From: Candidatus Methylomirabilis oxygeniifera
Lineage (GTDB): Bacteria > Methylomirabilota > Methylomirabilia > Methylomirabilales > Methylomirabilaceae
Assembly (NCBI GenBank): GCA_000091165.1
Contig: FP565575.1
Span: 1,950,001 to 1,982,000 of the forward strand
Direction: 5' to 3'
Length of the DNA: 32,000 nt
Numbering within the stretch: the stretch's first letter is position 1; each line of letters starts with the position of its first letter. Below the pieces are notes generated by a model. That model was not told where the DNA came from and did not search any database. It saw only the letters and a program-made list of their open reading frames with translations. Position numbers and translations under genes: made by a program. This document shows positions 5,421 through 14,450 of this stretch, piece by piece.

Positions 5421-5987
5421 TCACTCGACCACTATTCGTAGCTCTGAGAGCGTCTCAATCCACCTCAGCCGCTCCTGCTCATCCATTGGTGGACCTTTTT
5501 GCGTGTAGGTAATCCACCAAATGTTTGCTTTGGCGTACAGGATTCGCGCAATCTTATGTTGTACCGGATTTCGGTCGCAGTCCGCAACGTGGTATTCGTA
5601 AAGAAGATCGGCATCGCTTTTCTGGATGATGTTCCAGACCACCTTCGGACACTGCTTTACCTTGGACTCCTTCAGAGCATTCATCATGGCTTCCGGGCTG
5701 GCAGGGGATGAGTAGCTCCTCCGCACGTTAGAAAATGTGAAGCGACGCGTCCAAGCCTCAACGCCTTCCCCTTCCGGCACATAATAATCCGTCACCCATT
5801 CACCTTTGGCTTGCTTAGAGCCTGCATATTTCCAGGCCCCCTTATAATCCACTTCCGGGTTACTCGCCAACACGCTCGCTATAATCTCACGCCCAACTAC
5901 TCCATTAGATAGAAAGGTTTCTTTAGTAGCGCATGACGCCACAGCCAGTAACATCAGATACGTCACGATTCGTGACACCTTATTCAT
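5421..5987 (-). CDS. Lipoprotein of unknown function
   Basis: MNKVSRIVTYLMLLAVASC carries a lipobox (V-A-S-C). AGGAGCGTACGAAT lies upstream of the ATG. It is convergent with the TusA-like gene across a 26-nt gap. Confidence 0.7.
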   Translation of the reverse strand: MNKVSRIVTYLMLLAVASCATKETFLSNGVVGREIIASVLASNPEVDYKGAWKYAGSKQAKGEWVTDYYVPEGEGVEAWTRRFTFSNVRRSYSSPASPEAMMNALKESKVKQCPKVVWNIIQKSDADLLYEYHVADCDRNPVQHKIARILYAKANIWWITYTQKGPPMDEQERLRWIETLSELRIVVE

Positions 5988-6111
5988 ATTCGTACGCTCC
6001 TAGCAGGCCAGCAGCATAATGATCGTTCGACTACCCACAGAGGATCAACGGCTATGGCGTCATCGCGGACCGTCACGGTCCTCGCCCGAGCCTCGTGCAT
6101 CTCAACACGCG

Positions 6112-6507
6112 TCATTCAAGGTGCGCGCCGTGCTCTGCGAGCAGCGCCTTGAGGATCGAGCGGTGACAGCGGGCCTCGTCTGCGCAATAGCACCCCACGG
6201 AAAAGGCTGTATGCTGCGAAAAGGCAGCCAGGAGATTGACGAGTCGATTCGCGGCGGGCCGCTTCATCTCAGTCCGGTAGCGTCTGACAAACGCCCCCCA
6301 CTGCCGCTCATCCGGAGCGCTGAGCGCGATCTTGACGAGTTCTGCTGATGGCGCCAGTTCCGGCAGCCAGACGTCATAGAAGTTACGTGACGCGTATTCG
6401 CTCCTGAGCACTCCCCGAGGCGGACGCCGAACCGTACCCAGGCGCAGCCCCTCGCCGGGAATCCGAGGAGTGCCGAGTTGAACGACCCGTATCGCCATAA
6501 TCCTCAT
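6112..6507 (-). CDS. DUF488 (YeaO-like) family protein
   Basis: The motifs RPPRGV, WLPELAPSAEL, FVRRYRTEM and CYCADEARCHR match the DUF488/YeaO pattern. The alternative start ATG at 6496-6498 (MAIRVV...) is equally plausible. Confidence 0.8.
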   Translation of the reverse strand: MRIMAIRVVQLGTPRIPGEGLRLGTVRRPPRGVLRSEYASRNFYDVWLPELAPSAELVKIALSAPDERQWGAFVRRYRTEMKRPAANRLVNLLAAFSQHTAFSVGCYCADEARCHRSILKALLAEHGAHLE

Positions 6508-6526
6508 TCTTCCGTTCTGCTCGCCC

Positions 6527-9232
6527 CTAACTCATTTCCCCGAACCATCCGCGCCGCTCCATCCATTTGGCCAATTCTAGCACGGGCGAAACGGTAGAAG
6601 CCAATACGACGACGATAGCCCAATCCACGAGTGGCAGGCTAACCGTGCTGAACGGTTCATGCAGGAAAGGCGCATAGACAATTAGAACCAACGGCACCAA
6701 CCCCCATACAATCGCCAGATTCAACCACCGATTCGCGAAGGGCTGATGCAACACTGAATGGCGGTCGGAGCGAAAGTTATAGGCCTTGAAGCTCTCAATC
6801 AGCACCAGTGAAACGAACGTCATCGTCATGGCCTTTTCGATGCTCCGGCCGGAGTCGAGCGCCCATACAAAAAAGCCTAGGTTGACTGCCGCCGACCACA
6901 ATCCGCCCACCATCATCACAGTGACGACAGGCCGGGTGAAGATGCCGGTGCGTGGGTTTCGCGGCTTGCGACGCATGAGGTCGGGTTCGGGCGGATCGAC
7001 GGCTAACGCCAATGCGGGCAAGCCATCGGTGGCCAGATTGACGTACAGGATTTGTACGGCAGTCAACGGCAGGGGCAGGCCCAGCAGTGTGGCCCCGGCC
7101 ATCAAGACAATTTCGCCGATGTTGGATGAAAGCAGGTACATCAGATATTTCTTGATGTTGTCGAAGATGCCCCGCCCCTCTTCCACCGCCGCAACAATGG
7201 ACGCAAAGTTGTCGTCGGTCAGCGTCATGGCGGCAGCCTCTTTGGTCACGTCCGTGCCGGTGATGCCCATCGCGATACCGATGTCGGCCTTCTTGAGCGC
7301 GGGCGCGTCATTGACCCCGTCGCCCGTCATCGCAACAATGTGACCTCTCTTTTGCAGCGCCGTGACTACACGCAACTTATGCGCCGGAGAGACGCGAGCG
7401 TAGACGTCGATGTTCTCAACCTCACGTTCGAACTCGGCCTCGCTCATCGCCTCCAGCTCCGCACCGGTTACGACGCGGCCTGTCTTGAGTAATCCCAATT
7501 CACGGGCGACGGCTTGCGCGGTAAGCGGATGGTCACCGGTAATCATGATCGGCTTAATTCCAGCCTGTTCGCACGTTTCGATCGCGGTTTTCGCCTCAGG
7601 ACGCGGCGGGTCGATCATACCCACCAATCCGAGGAAGGTCATATCGCGTTCGGCGTTTTCTGGTGTTGCCCGTGGTTTGGAAGCCACCGCCAGCACCCGC
7701 AATGCCTCGCTTGCCATCCGGCGGGCTGCCTCCGCAATCATCTCCCGACCCTCGGCGTCAAGGGCTGTTACTCCATCTGCCGTCATGTGCCGGACGCACG
7801 AATCAAGGATAATTTCCGGCGCGCCCTTAGCATAGGCCACGACGCCATCCGGCTCGCTGTGCAGCGTCGTCATACGTTTGGTTTCTGAGGTAAAGGGGAT
7901 TTCGTCCACGCGGGGGAATTGCGATTCAAGCTCAGCCTTGTTCAACCCGGCCTTGACGGCGACGACGACTAATGCGCCCTCCGTCGGGTCGCCTTTGACG
8001 TGCCAGCGGCCATTAGCCTCGCTATGAACGATATGCGCATCGGAGGCCAGCGCGACGGCGCGCAAGAGCAGTTTCAGTGGGCTAGAGGGTTCAATGGTGA
8101 GACCCTCGCGCGAGAACCGGCCGTGCGGCTCATAGCCCGCCCCGGAGACATCCAGCATCTGCCAGGCCACACAGATCTTGCGGACCGTCATCTCGTCTTT
8201 CGTCAGCGTGCCGGTCTTGTCTGAGCAGATCACCGACGTGCTGCCGAGCGTCTCGACCGCCTGGAGGCGGCGCATCAGCGCGTGGCGTTTGACCATCCGC
8301 TGCACGCCGATCGCCAGCGAAATCGTGACCACAGCCGGCAGGGCCTCGGGGACAACGGCAACCGCCAGTGCAATACCGAACATCAACATCTCAATGAAGG
8401 GTTGCCCGCGATACAGACCGAGGACAACAATAGCTGCCACCACCACGAGGGCAGCCCACGCCAGTACGCGACCAATCTTATCCAGGTTGGCCTGCAACGG
8501 GGTCCTGCCGGTTTCGACCGTCTGGAGCATTTGGGCAATCTTGCCAAACTCAGTATTCATGCCCGTCGCAACGACAACCGCGCGACCCCGGCCATAGGTC
8601 GCGGCGGTACCGGCGTAGGCCAGATTCTTACGATCGCCCAAGGCTAATAATTCACCATTCGTAAGCGGTGCGGCGTGCTTATCCACCGGAACCGACTCGC
8701 CCGTCAGTGCGGCCTCTTCGATATGCAGATTGACGGCCTCAATCAATCTGACATCGGCGGGAATTTTATCGCCTGCTCGCAAAAGGACGACATCGCCAGG
8801 CACGAGGGCGCGCGCCGGGATTTCAACTTCCTCCCTATCGCGGAGGGCGGTTGCGGTCGGTGCGGCCATTTGGCGCAATACCTCGGTCGCGCGTTCGGCC
8901 CGGTATTCCTGCGCAAAACCTAACAGCACGGCAAACAGCACAATGACGGCAATGGCAATGGCTTCAATTCCATGTCCAAGGAAGGCGGACAGCGCCGTCG
9001 CCACAAGCAGAATGACAATCAGGATATTCTTGAACTGCTCAAAGAAAATCGTCCATGGCGAGATGCGGTGGGCGGCTTGCAGTTCATTCGGCCCATATTC
9101 GGCTAAGCGTTGGGCCGCCTCCGCCCCTGTGAGACCGGTGGGTGTGGATTTCAGGTGAGCAAAGATGGTTTCGTTGGAGAGGGTATGCCAGAGGGTAGGG
9201 TCGAACCCTAGTCGGGATTTAGGAGGGCCCAT
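6527..9232 (-). CDS. P-type cation-transporting ATPase (type II, Ca2+/Mg2+-like)
   Basis: Motifs CSDKTGTLT, TGDHPLTA, MTGDGVNDAPALKKADIG and VPEALPAV are present, with about 10 TM segments. The start is placed at ATG 9230-9232 (MGPPKS...), which overlaps the upstream transporter stop by 14 nt. Confidence 0.9.
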   Translation of the reverse strand: MGPPKSRLGFDPTLWHTLSNETIFAHLKSTPTGLTGAEAAQRLAEYGPNELQAAHRISPWTIFFEQFKNILIVILLVATALSAFLGHGIEAIAIAVIVLFAVLLGFAQEYRAERATEVLRQMAAPTATALRDREEVEIPARALVPGDVVLLRAGDKIPADVRLIEAVNLHIEEAALTGESVPVDKHAAPLTNGELLALGDRKNLAYAGTAATYGRGRAVVVATGMNTEFGKIAQMLQTVETGRTPLQANLDKIGRVLAWAALVVVAAIVVLGLYRGQPFIEMLMFGIALAVAVVPEALPAVVTISLAIGVQRMVKRHALMRRLQAVETLGSTSVICSDKTGTLTKDEMTVRKICVAWQMLDVSGAGYEPHGRFSREGLTIEPSSPLKLLLRAVALASDAHIVHSEANGRWHVKGDPTEGALVVVAVKAGLNKAELESQFPRVDEIPFTSETKRMTTLHSEPDGVVAYAKGAPEIILDSCVRHMTADGVTALDAEGREMIAEAARRMASEALRVLAVASKPRATPENAERDMTFLGLVGMIDPPRPEAKTAIETCEQAGIKPIMITGDHPLTAQAVARELGLLKTGRVVTGAELEAMSEAEFEREVENIDVYARVSPAHKLRVVTALQKRGHIVAMTGDGVNDAPALKKADIGIAMGITGTDVTKEAAAMTLTDDNFASIVAAVEEGRGIFDNIKKYLMYLLSSNIGEIVLMAGATLLGLPLPLTAVQILYVNLATDGLPALALAVDPPEPDLMRRKPRNPRTGIFTRPVVTVMMVGGLWSAAVNLGFFVWALDSGRSIEKAMTMTFVSLVLIESFKAYNFRSDRHSVLHQPFANRWLNLAIVWGLVPLVLIVYAPFLHEPFSTVSLPLVDWAIVVVLASTVSPVLELAKWMERRGWFGEMS

Positions 9233-10040
9233 CGCTCGGCCGATGCTCGCCTCGCAAGTAGGCCACCCAGTACACGCCTGCAACGAGCAGAGTTCCGCCG
9301 ACTACGTTGCCGGCGGTCACAGCAACGAGGTTGCTCGTGATCCCAACGACTGATATCGTCCCGTCGCCGTCCAGCGCAAGTCCGAGGGGCAGGAAGAACC
9401 AGTTGGCGATCGAGTGCTCAAAGCCCATCGCCACGAAGGCGGTAATGGGAAAGAGAATCGCTAGAATCTTGTCGGTCGCGCTGCGGCCGCCCAGGGCAAG
9501 CCACACCGCCAGACAGACCAGCGCGTTACACAGAATGCCGCGCGCGAAGGCCTCGGTCACTGGCAGGTCGGCCTTCGCGCGAGCGATATTGATAGCCGTT
9601 TCGGCGATAGCGCCACCGCCCAGACCGGCAACGTTGGCCCACACAACGAGCAGTACCGTAGCCAGACAGCCGCTCACATTGCCCACGTAGGCCAGGAACC
9701 AGTTGCGCATGACCTCTCGGGTGCCGATCAGTTTGCTCGCCCAAGCCATGGCGATCAGGTTATTCCCGGTAAATAGCTCGGCGCCCGCAATCACGACGAG
9801 GATCAGACCGAGGCAGAAGCTTACGCCGCCGACCAACCGCGTCATACCGAACCCGAGGGTCGATTTAGTTACCGCAACGATGAAAAAGAGCGCGCCGAGC
9901 GAGATAAAGGCGCCGGCCAGGACGGCCAGCACCAGCAGCGTCAGCGCATCGGTACGCGCCTTCGCCACACCGAGGCTTTCGACCTTCCGCGCAATCTCTC
10001 GCGGCGGATAGGCGTCACTGAAGGGCTGGTCTTTATCCAT
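9219..10040 (-). CDS. Formate/nitrite transporter (FNT) family channel
   Basis: 273 aa with six TM segments. The signature motifs AELFTGN and GFEHSIAN are present. The subtype (FocA, NirC or HSC) cannot be told by eye. Confidence 0.9.
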   Translation of the reverse strand: MDKDQPFSDAYPPREIARKVESLGVAKARTDALTLLVLAVLAGAFISLGALFFIVAVTKSTLGFGMTRLVGGVSFCLGLILVVIAGAELFTGNNLIAMAWASKLIGTREVMRNWFLAYVGNVSGCLATVLLVVWANVAGLGGGAIAETAINIARAKADLPVTEAFARGILCNALVCLAVWLALGGRSATDKILAILFPITAFVAMGFEHSIANWFFLPLGLALDGDGTISVVGITSNLVAVTAGNVVGGTLLVAGVYWVAYLRGEHRPSDGPS

Positions 10041-10123
10041 TCGCCTGGCGCCCGTTCACAACGTGGTATCGCCTACCGACAAGCGTCTCGATTGCTTTGT
10101 GAGTGGACACAGCGTTCCGTGTC

Positions 10124-11410
10124 TCACTTTCCCTTTACGTGTCGCATCTCACTCGCTACGGCCTTGATTTCCGCAAGGTCCTGAACCATCTCGCTCCAGC
10201 CGTACCAGAGAGCGTAGTCGGGGTTCGCGTGAAACGTACCCTGGAAGGCTCGCATGCGGTGCTCCAGGAACATCCGGAAAAGCCGCAGCTCTACCGGCGT
10301 CGCCGCGTCGTGGAACGTGAGCAGGTCGGGAAAAGCGTGCGCGTAGGACGCAGGCTTCGCGATGATCCCGTCCTTGTAGAGACCCGCAACCACCCGGATC
10401 GCCTCCGCCATCAGGCGATCGGTCTGCCGTATCATATCGTCGCCCTTCGCCAGTTCCGCCTTGGCGAAGTTCTCCGAATGGCAGCGGCGGCAGACTGCAA
10501 TCATCTTATCGCGCTCGGCCTGCCACTCTTCCTGAGTCAGCCGGGCCACCGCAGCGGCCTTGACGACGTCGAGCCGCGCCGTCGGCTTCCCGTCCGGGTC
10601 GAGAACGCCCAACCCCTGCAGGATCGTTGCCCGGTCCGCCGCCCATTGCTTGTCCTCTGGCATCGTGAGCCGCACGGCCAGGAACCCCCACCCGGTCTTC
10701 ACGCCATGGTCGCCGTCCGGCATATGGCACGTCTGGCAGGTCGGCGCCGCGGCTTGCCCCGGCAGGACACCGGCCTGCTTCAGCAGATATCTCACCCCGT
10801 GCTTCGATGAGGAATACATCTCCCACTGCGGGTGATCAAAACCCATGTGGCAGGTCTGGCACGCCTGCGGCTGGCGCGCCTCCTCGACAGAGAAGGTGTG
10901 GCGGGTATGGCATGCATCGCAGGAGGCTACCCCGAACGCGTGCCCCTCGCCCGAGAGGTCCCGAATCTCCTTCTCACTCTTGAGGCCGATCTTGTGGCAC
11001 CCCCCACACCCTTTCATCCCCTCCGTGAGAGCCATCGGCAGATAGTGCGTCGTCGGCATCGCCTTCATCGCCGCCCAGGCGGCGGCGTGCTTGCCACGCT
11101 TGAACTGCGCCACACGCTCAGCATGGCAAATACTGCAAGTCTCAGGTGTCGGAATATCGGCTTTCGCTGTATCCATAGCGCTCGTGTGCCCATCCCCGTG
11201 GCAGGCCGCACACTCGACGCCGTTGCGGGCGTGCTTGGAGAGTTGCCAGTCCTCCACGATTCCGGGTGACTCCTGCTTGTGGCACCCGATGCAGTTCTGC
11301 GTAGGCGTGGCTGCCGCGCCCTGTGCAAGGGCACTGCCTCCTGGCGAAATCGCGGCACACGCCACCCACGCGAGCAATCCCAACACTGCGAAACGAATAC
11401 ACGACGCCAC
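10124..11410 (-). CDS. Octaheme cytochrome c of the hydroxylamine oxidoreductase (HAO) family, periplasmic
   Basis: Signal peptide, GTG start, AAAGGAG SD. There are eight CxxCH motifs (CIGCH, CAACH, CSICH, CGGCH, CDACH, CQTCH, CQTCH, CRRCH). The block CDACHTRHTFSVEEARQPQACQTCHMGFDHPQWEMYSSSKHG closely parallels the Nitrosomonas HAO core as I recall it. Confidence 0.9.
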   Translation of the reverse strand: MASCIRFAVLGLLAWVACAAISPGGSALAQGAAATPTQNCIGCHKQESPGIVEDWQLSKHARNGVECAACHGDGHTSAMDTAKADIPTPETCSICHAERVAQFKRGKHAAAWAAMKAMPTTHYLPMALTEGMKGCGGCHKIGLKSEKEIRDLSGEGHAFGVASCDACHTRHTFSVEEARQPQACQTCHMGFDHPQWEMYSSSKHGVRYLLKQAGVLPGQAAAPTCQTCHMPDGDHGVKTGWGFLAVRLTMPEDKQWAADRATILQGLGVLDPDGKPTARLDVVKAAAVARLTQEEWQAERDKMIAVCRRCHSENFAKAELAKGDDMIRQTDRLMAEAIRVVAGLYKDGIIAKPASYAHAFPDLLTFHDAATPVELRLFRMFLEHRMRAFQGTFHANPDYALWYGWSEMVQDLAEIKAVASEMRHVKGK

Positions 11411-11650
11411 CTTAATTGCTCCTTTTTCCTGATGGACTACTACCCGCTTACAAATGGGCTTTCACCAGCAGCCGGTCGCTCGCCACGGCCAGCCGGGACA
11501 CCTCCACCTCCACAACGACCGCTTGGTCCCGGTCCCGACACAGCGGGCGTAGGCAGGCGCGCTCAGCGTCTTCAAGCGCTGGTTGGGCCGCATACCCTTC
11601 GGTTCGGCCTCACGACCCCGGCCGACTGACCCCATGAAATGGAATACGAG

Positions 11651-12463
11651 TCAACTCCGCTTCGTCTCGGCGTAGGGCGCTTGAGCAAATCGGATGCCCA
11701 TTGCCCGCAGTGCCTCTTTGCCTCGAATCGTCAAGTCCGTGATGAACAGGAATTGGTCGCGGCTCTCCTTCACGTAGGCCTTCAGTCGGTATTGTGTGCC
11801 CCAGGGCATCTCCAACACGATCACGGTTACTGGTGTTTCTGACTTTCGGTAGGAACTGGTTTCCGCAATCTCCGCCAACCGCCGTCGCACGGCTCCGGCA
11901 TCATGGTCGGGGTGCAGGTAGAACTCCGCCACGCATAACAGGCTTCTGCTGCCGCTGCTGGCGTTGGAGATGCTGGCCGTCCAGAGCAGCGAATGCGGAA
12001 TGATCACTTCGGTATCGTCGGGTGTGACAATGCGCACGGCTCGGAGGGCAATGGTTTTGACCTCACCGTAGGTACCGCCCACCTCGATCCAGTCTCCTGG
12101 CTGGTAGGTGTTCTCCAGCACAGTCGCCAGTCCGGCAACCAGGCTGCTCGCGTAGTCCTTAAGCGCAAAAGCCAAGGCCAGACCTACGGTCGCTATCAGC
12201 GCAGCAACGCTGCGAAAGGTCGGCTCAACCAGAATCGGTACCGCGACCATGATGGCACCGGCACCGATAAGCAGGCGCGCAATTGGCATCGCGCGCAGGA
12301 TCGAGAGACGCCAGCGAGGCGGAGCGTTCTCGGCGAAATGGCGGAGGACCCACCGGACGGCGAAGGACAGCAGCCTGGCCGAAAATAAGATGGCCAGGAC
12401 AAGCAGCACGTGCTGCCAAGTGAGCCTTTGCAAGAGGCCCCACGCATTAAGCTCTTCGCTCAT
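11651..12463 (-). CDS. Small-conductance mechanosensitive channel (MscS family)
   Basis: Three N-terminal TM helices are followed by GDWIEVGGTYGEVKTIALRAVRIVTPDDTEVIIPHSLLW, the MscS beta-domain signature. Confidence 0.85.
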   Translation of the reverse strand: MSEELNAWGLLQRLTWQHVLLVLAILFSARLLSFAVRWVLRHFAENAPPRWRLSILRAMPIARLLIGAGAIMVAVPILVEPTFRSVAALIATVGLALAFALKDYASSLVAGLATVLENTYQPGDWIEVGGTYGEVKTIALRAVRIVTPDDTEVIIPHSLLWTASISNASSGSRSLLCVAEFYLHPDHDAGAVRRRLAEIAETSSYRKSETPVTVIVLEMPWGTQYRLKAYVKESRDQFLFITDLTIRGKEALRAMGIRFAQAPYAETKRS

Positions 12464-12525
12464 CTAACGTTCTCTCCGTCCTCAGAGAGTCGTTATGACC
12501 TAGCGGAGTCTGGCGCTAACCTGCC

Positions 12526-12549
12526 CTTAGGTGAGCACACTCACCTAAG
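12526..12549. promoter_or_regulatory. Perfect 10-bp-stem palindrome upstream of mscS-family gene
   Basis: CTTAGGTGAG-CACA-CTCACCTAAG lies 63-86 nt upstream of the start codon at 12463. Neither strand has a flanking T-tract, so an operator or leader structure is more likely than a terminator. Confidence 0.4.
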
Positions 12550-12798
12550 CGAGCCCGGTGCAACGACCAATTCGGCCACCGCAGGCAGCCTCCCGCTGGC
12601 GGAGCAGCCGTCGGAGGAACTCGCCTATGCCGGAGCCGGTGGCATGCGGTAGCCGGTCCACAAGCTACATGTCCCGCGGCAACAGGAATCTGACCCATCT
12701 CTCCTCCTGATATGTCCAAAGGCGCCCGCTATGCCCTTTCGCAGAGCGAAGCCGGCGGATGAGACATGCTGACGGTCAGATAATCAAACTCTGTTCTA

Positions 12799-13605
12799 TC
12801 AGTCGGCCAGAACGTGTGTCGTCTCGTAGCCGAGTCGTTCGGAGAGCTTGATCGCCGCCGTCTTGACGAGCGGGGCGATCTCATGTTCGATCCGGTCAAG
12901 GGAAAACCGCGACGCGGGACCGGACAGACCGATGCTGGCCACCACCTTTCGAGAATAGTCGCGCACGGGGGCGGCAATACATCGCACTCCAGGCTCGTAC
13001 TCTTCATTATCCACGGCAAACCCAAGCCTGGCCACTTCACGGAGATGCTCCCGGAATGCCTGCGGATCGGTAATCGTGTGCTCGGTGAGTTTGCGCATCG
13101 GCTCGTCTTGAAGGATGCTGTCCAACCGGTCGGCCGACTCGTAGGCCAGTTGTGCCTTTCCTGCAGCGGTGCAATGCACCGGGAGACGCCGCCCTGGAAA
13201 CGATGCGACCCGAACCATCAGGGTCGTGTCCTGAACAAGGACATAGATAACCTCCGATCCATCCAGAACGGCCAGATAGGCAGTTTCATTACACTGGCTC
13301 ACCAGCTCTTCGATGATCGGCCGGGCCTGGCGCCGAAAGCCGAGATGATGGAGGAAGACGTTGGCCAGCTCGAACGGCTTGATCCCAAGGTGGTAGTTGG
13401 CGGTCTTTTTGTCCTGCTCAATATAGCCTCGTACCTCAAGGGTAGCCAGTAGTCGAAAGACGTTATTTTTAGGCAGGTGGAGCTTCTCGGCGAGTTCCGT
13501 CACGCCTAACTCCCCTGTCTGATAATCAAACGACTCCAGGATATCAAGCGCTCGATCGACAGACTGGACGAGATAATCGGCCTTTTCTTTCTTTCGATGG
13601 TCCAT
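12799..13605 (-). CDS. IclR-family transcriptional regulator
   Basis: From ORF 12799..13656, with the start at ATG 13603-13605 (GAGGAGTGC upstream). The N-terminal wHTH is SVDRALDILESF...LGVTELAEKLHLPKNNVFRLLATLEVRGYIEQD. An IclR effector domain follows. Confidence 0.85.
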   Translation of the reverse strand: MDHRKKEKADYLVQSVDRALDILESFDYQTGELGVTELAEKLHLPKNNVFRLLATLEVRGYIEQDKKTANYHLGIKPFELANVFLHHLGFRRQARPIIEELVSQCNETAYLAVLDGSEVIYVLVQDTTLMVRVASFPGRRLPVHCTAAGKAQLAYESADRLDSILQDEPMRKLTEHTITDPQAFREHLREVARLGFAVDNEEYEPGVRCIAAPVRDYSRKVVASIGLSGPASRFSLDRIEHEIAPLVKTAAIKLSERLGYETTHVLAD

Positions 13606-13682
13606 GCACTCCTCGTATACCCTTCGGTAAAACAAGGTAACGCTTGCTCGACACATAGTCAGGTGGCAGGAAAAACGGTGTG

Positions 13683-13711
13683 ACTATAAAAGGGCGTTCT
13701 ATTTTTGTCAA
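13683..13711 (-). promoter_or_regulatory. Near-consensus sigma70 promoter for the IclR gene
   Basis: On the minus strand: TTGACA (rc of 13706-13711), a 17-nt spacer, then TATAGT (rc of 13683-13688). The adjacent TTTTTG-N6-CAAAAA inverted repeat could be an operator. Confidence 0.55.
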
Positions 13712-13727
13712 CGCAAAAATGACAGGC

Positions 13728-14441
13728 CTAAATGACCGGCCGTTCGTCAAAGATCGCCGTGCCAATCCGAACCAGCGTAGCCCCTTCTTCGATGGCGATC
13801 TCGTAATCGTGGCTCATCCCCATCGAGAGGTGACGGAGCGGACAGTCGGGACAGGCCCTGGCCGCCTCGTCTCGTAGCAGCCGGAGCCTGCGAAAGAACG
13901 GTCGGACGTCCTCGGGATTCCTGCGAAAGGGCGGGACGGCCATCAGGCCTTCGATAACCAGATGAGTGAACTGGCGACACGATTCGAGCAGCGGCACGAG
14001 GTCGTGTTCGAGCACACCGGTCTTACTCGGCTCGCCACCGAGGTTGACCTCTACGAGAACCCGTATCTGCTTCGCCAAGGCGGCCCCATGCCGGTCCAGG
14101 GCAACAGCCAGCTTGACAGAATCGAGCGAATGGATCAGCCCAAACAGCTCAGCAGCAGACCGACTCTTGTTTGTCTGTAAGTGACCGATCAGATGCCATG
14201 TGACCGGGAGCGAACTCAAGAGGGCCATCTTATCCGACGCCTCCTGGACCCGATTCTCGCCCAGCAGCATGACGCCGACATCGATCGCCTCTCGGATACG
14301 GGGAATCGGTACGGTCTTGGTGACAGCGACCAGCGCTATCTCATCAGGGTCCCGGCCGACGCGGTGAGCCGCCTCGGCCATCCGCTGCCTGACCTGCTCT
14401 ATTCGATCTTTTACCCGTTCCGTCAAGCCACCCTTCTTCAC
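13728..14441 (-). CDS. yggS: YggS/YlmE-family pyridoxal-phosphate homeostasis protein
   Basis: GTG start. ALVAVTKTVP carries the PLP lysine, and HLIGHLQTNK and SMGMSHDYEIAIEEGATLVRIGTAIF are family motifs. The position after ftsZ is typical for this gene. Confidence 0.9.
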   Translation of the reverse strand: MKKGGLTERVKDRIEQVRQRMAEAAHRVGRDPDEIALVAVTKTVPIPRIREAIDVGVMLLGENRVQEASDKMALLSSLPVTWHLIGHLQTNKSRSAAELFGLIHSLDSVKLAVALDRHGAALAKQIRVLVEVNLGGEPSKTGVLEHDLVPLLESCRQFTHLVIEGLMAVPPFRRNPEDVRPFFRRLRLLRDEAARACPDCPLRHLSMGMSHDYEIAIEEGATLVRIGTAIFDERPVI

Positions 14442-14450
14442 ATCCTGTCC

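Noticed and set aside
5136-5441. Alternative-frame ORFs over the Pro/Ala tail region (5136..5441 plus, 5148..5360 minus)
   Set aside because: They are a product of the GC-rich GCN/CCN repeat and have no SD. The frame continuing from the TusA-like domain is the only one with an upstream start signal.
6055-6085. Hairpin GGACCG-TCA-CGGTCC after the DUF488 gene as an intrinsic terminator
   Set aside because: The stem is only 6 bp with a 3-nt loop, and there is no U-tract on the minus strand. It is too weak to call.
6786-7343. Antisense ORFs inside the P-type ATPase gene (6786..7343, 7410..7835, 8178..8597, 8730..9158 and others)
   Set aside because: These are shadow ORFs typical of GC-rich coding DNA. 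They lie opposite a gene with unambiguous P-type ATPase motifs.
9233-9283. 17-codon N-terminal extension of the P-type ATPase ORF
   Set aside because: It overlaps the 3' end of the FNT gene. The conserved ATPase N-terminus begins after the internal ATG at 9232.
10103-10810. 235-aa plus-strand ORF opposite the HAO-family gene
   Set aside because: It is antisense to a gene with eight intact heme-binding motifs. The Arg/Pro-rich translation is typical of a GC shadow frame.
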